A stretch of 64,000 bases of DNA from Acidimicrobiia bacterium. Its GTDB lineage: Bacteria; Actinomycetota; Acidimicrobiia; IMCC26256; PALSA-610. Shown here piece by piece: positions 62,735 to 64,000 of this stretch. The translations under genes and the position numbers were made by a program. Under the pieces are notes generated by a model. It was not told the DNA's origin, made no database searches, and saw only the letters and a list, made by a program, of their open reading frames with translations. The stretch spans positions 3,930 through 67,929 of the forward strand of contig JBBQTI010000010.1 in the NCBI GenBank assembly GCA_038213435.1, given 5' to 3'. Positions within the stretch are counted from its first letter, which is position 1. Each line of letters opens with the position of its first letter.

Positions 62735-64000
62735 ATGCAGCCGACACTCGCCGGACTCACCACCCTGTTTGCCGACTCCCCGGTCGTCGCCGCGGCGACG
62801 GGTGGTCTCGCGCGCCCGGTCGCCGTTCCGGAGCCGGCCCGCGCCCTGTTCGCCGCCACGCTCGCCCGCGCCACGGCGCGGCGCCCGATCGTCGTCGCGG
62901 TACCGACCGGTGTCGAGGCCGAGCGAATCGCCGCCGACGTACGCGAATACCTGGGAGACGACGCGGTCGAGCTGTTCCCGGCGTGGGAGACACTGCCGTT
63001 CGAACGGGTCTCGCCCGCGACGGAGACGATGGGCCGCCGGTTGCGGGTCATCTGGCGGTTGCGCGCCGGCGGCGAGCATCTGCCGCACGTCATCGTCGCG
63101 CCCGTGCGTGCGCTCGTACAGCGTCTCGGCCCGCACGTGGAGGACGTGGAGCCCGTCGTCGTGCGTGCCGGTGCGCAGATCGACCGCGACGAGCTCGTCG
63201 CGCGGTTGGTCACGATTGGCTACCGGCGTGAGTACCAGGTCGAGGCGCGCGGCGAGGTCGCGGTGCGAGGCTCGATCGTCGACGTCTACCCGGCAACGGC
63301 CGATCATCCGGTTCGCGTCGATCTATGGGGCGACGAGGTCGATCGCCTCTCACGATTCTCGGTCGCAGATCAGCGCTCGTCGGTCGAGATCACCGAATCT
63401 TGGATCTTTCCGGTGCGGGAGCTCCTGCCGACCGAGGAGGTCCGCGCCCGCGCCCGCCAGCTTCTCCAGGAGCATCCCTGGGGCCGTGAGCAGTGGGAAC
63501 GGCTCGCGGAGGGCAACACCTTCGACGGCATGGAGTCGTGGTTGCCGTGGCTGACCTCCGACGAGCACCTGCTTCCCGATCTCTTGCCGCCGTCGGCGCT
63601 CGTCGCGATCATCGAGCCCCGGCGCCTGCGCGACCGCGCGCAGGAACTGCTCGACGAGGAGGCGGCGCTCGCACGGACCCTTGCGATCACGTGGGGCGCG
63701 CAGGTCGGCGATGCCGACACACCGCGCCTATCGCTACCGTTCGACCGGCTGCTCGCCCACACCAGGGCGCAACCCGTTCCCGTGCTGGCCGTACCCGACC
63801 ACCCGGACACGCCCGTGCTCGCGGCGAGCGCGTTCGATCCGGTCGTGGGCGACGCGGACGCGCTCGCGAAGCGGCTCAACGCCCTCGAGCGCGACGGGTT
63901 CAAGGTGTTCATCGCCGCCGAGGGCATTGGCAGTGCGGATCGCATCGAGCAGATCCTCTCCGCGGAGGGCGTCAACGTCGATCGCCTTGCCGCCATCACC
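62735..64000 (+). CDS. mfd: transcription-repair coupling factor, 3'-partial (runs off the window)
   Basis: It is not in the ORF track because no stop occurs in the window. My translation from ATG 62735 gives 'FPAWETLPFERVSP', 'RGEVAVRGSIVDVYP' and 'PVRVDLWGDEVDRLSRFSVADQRS', which is the Mfd N-terminal (UvrB-homology) region. Confidence 0.85.
   Translation, partial: MQPTLAGLTTLFADSPVVAAATGGLARPVAVPEPARALFAATLARATARRPIVVAVPTGVEAERIAADVREYLGDDAVELFPAWETLPFERVSPATETMGRRLRVIWRLRAGGEHLPHVIVAPVRALVQRLGPHVEDVEPVVVRAGAQIDRDELVARLVTIGYRREYQVEARGEVAVRGSIVDVYPATADHPVRVDLWGDEVDRLSRFSVADQRSSVEITESWIFPVRELLPTEEVRARARQLLQEHPWGREQWERLAEGNTFDGMESWLPWLTSDEHLLPDLLPPSALVAIIEPRRLRDRAQELLDEEAALARTLAITWGAQVGDADTPRLSLPFDRLLAHTRAQPVPVLAVPDHPDTPVLAASAFDPVVGDADALAKRLNALERDGFKVFIAAEGIGSADRIEQILSAEGVNVDRLAAIT

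Overview
High-GC window (roughly 65-70% by eye, not computed), densely coding, with Actinomycetota hallmarks: two WhiB-like regulators, a SARP regulator, the mini ribosomal proteins bS22 and bL37, and metG-tatD-rsmA-ispE / tRNA-Gln-glmU-prs-bL25-pth-mfd synteny. I call about 70 protein genes or pseudogenes and 1 tRNA; there is no rRNA and no CRISPR, and the only mobile DNA is one IS (TnpB) relic.

Layout:
- 1-3.1 kb: type IV pilus minor-pilin-like operon, 5' end cut by the window.
- 3.9-5.1 kb: family-1 encapsulin with an EncFtn cargo.
- 5.4-9.3 kb: DAP ammonia-lyase, adenosine deaminase, GH30 lipoprotein.
- 9.6-11.5 kb: DUF3494 surface protein plus sortase.
- 12.7-20.2 kb: regulator island (wHTH, DUF2630, divergent WhiB pair, sigma factor, SARP, PAS-GGDEF-EAL, Zn-ribbon ORF, EAL).
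- 20.3-33.3 kb: oxygenase- and hydrolase-rich catabolic island (2 amidohydrolase_2, ADC-like, SDR, 3 PhyH dioxygenases around a PadR, desaturase, acyl-CoA ligase, OYE, Rieske oxygenase).
- 33.5-38.5 kb: Liv-type ABC importer with a fused permease.
- 39-43.6 kb: copper cluster (CopC-CopD fusion, YcnI, uncharacterised 501-aa protein).
- 43.6-51.5 kb: lipid and miscellaneous enzymes.
- 51.5-52 kb: truncated TnpB relic, marking the switch to a conserved housekeeping block that runs to the window end (mfd is 3'-partial).

Most notable non-standard observations:
- A 16-bp tandem array fills an entire convergent intergenic gap (24504-24599).
- Four otherwise intact genes are each broken by a single-nucleotide frameshift, and there is also a methyltransferase relic. 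This is either real decay or assembly indels.
- A c-di-GMP module combines an intact GGDEF with a degenerate EAL; next to it sits a catalytically intact EAL whose N-terminus carries a locally compensated double frameshift.
- A YchF homologue has a destroyed P-loop.
- Three neighbouring exported copper-cluster proteins all have a predicted mature N-terminal His.
- Several sub-60-codon genes are invisible to the ORF track.

I did not find an unambiguous, self-contained new system. The strongest candidates for follow-up are the copper-cluster 501-aa protein, the tandem array and the regulator island. Many long Arg/Pro-rich ORFs in the six-frame track are antisense shadows typical of high-GC DNA and were not called.
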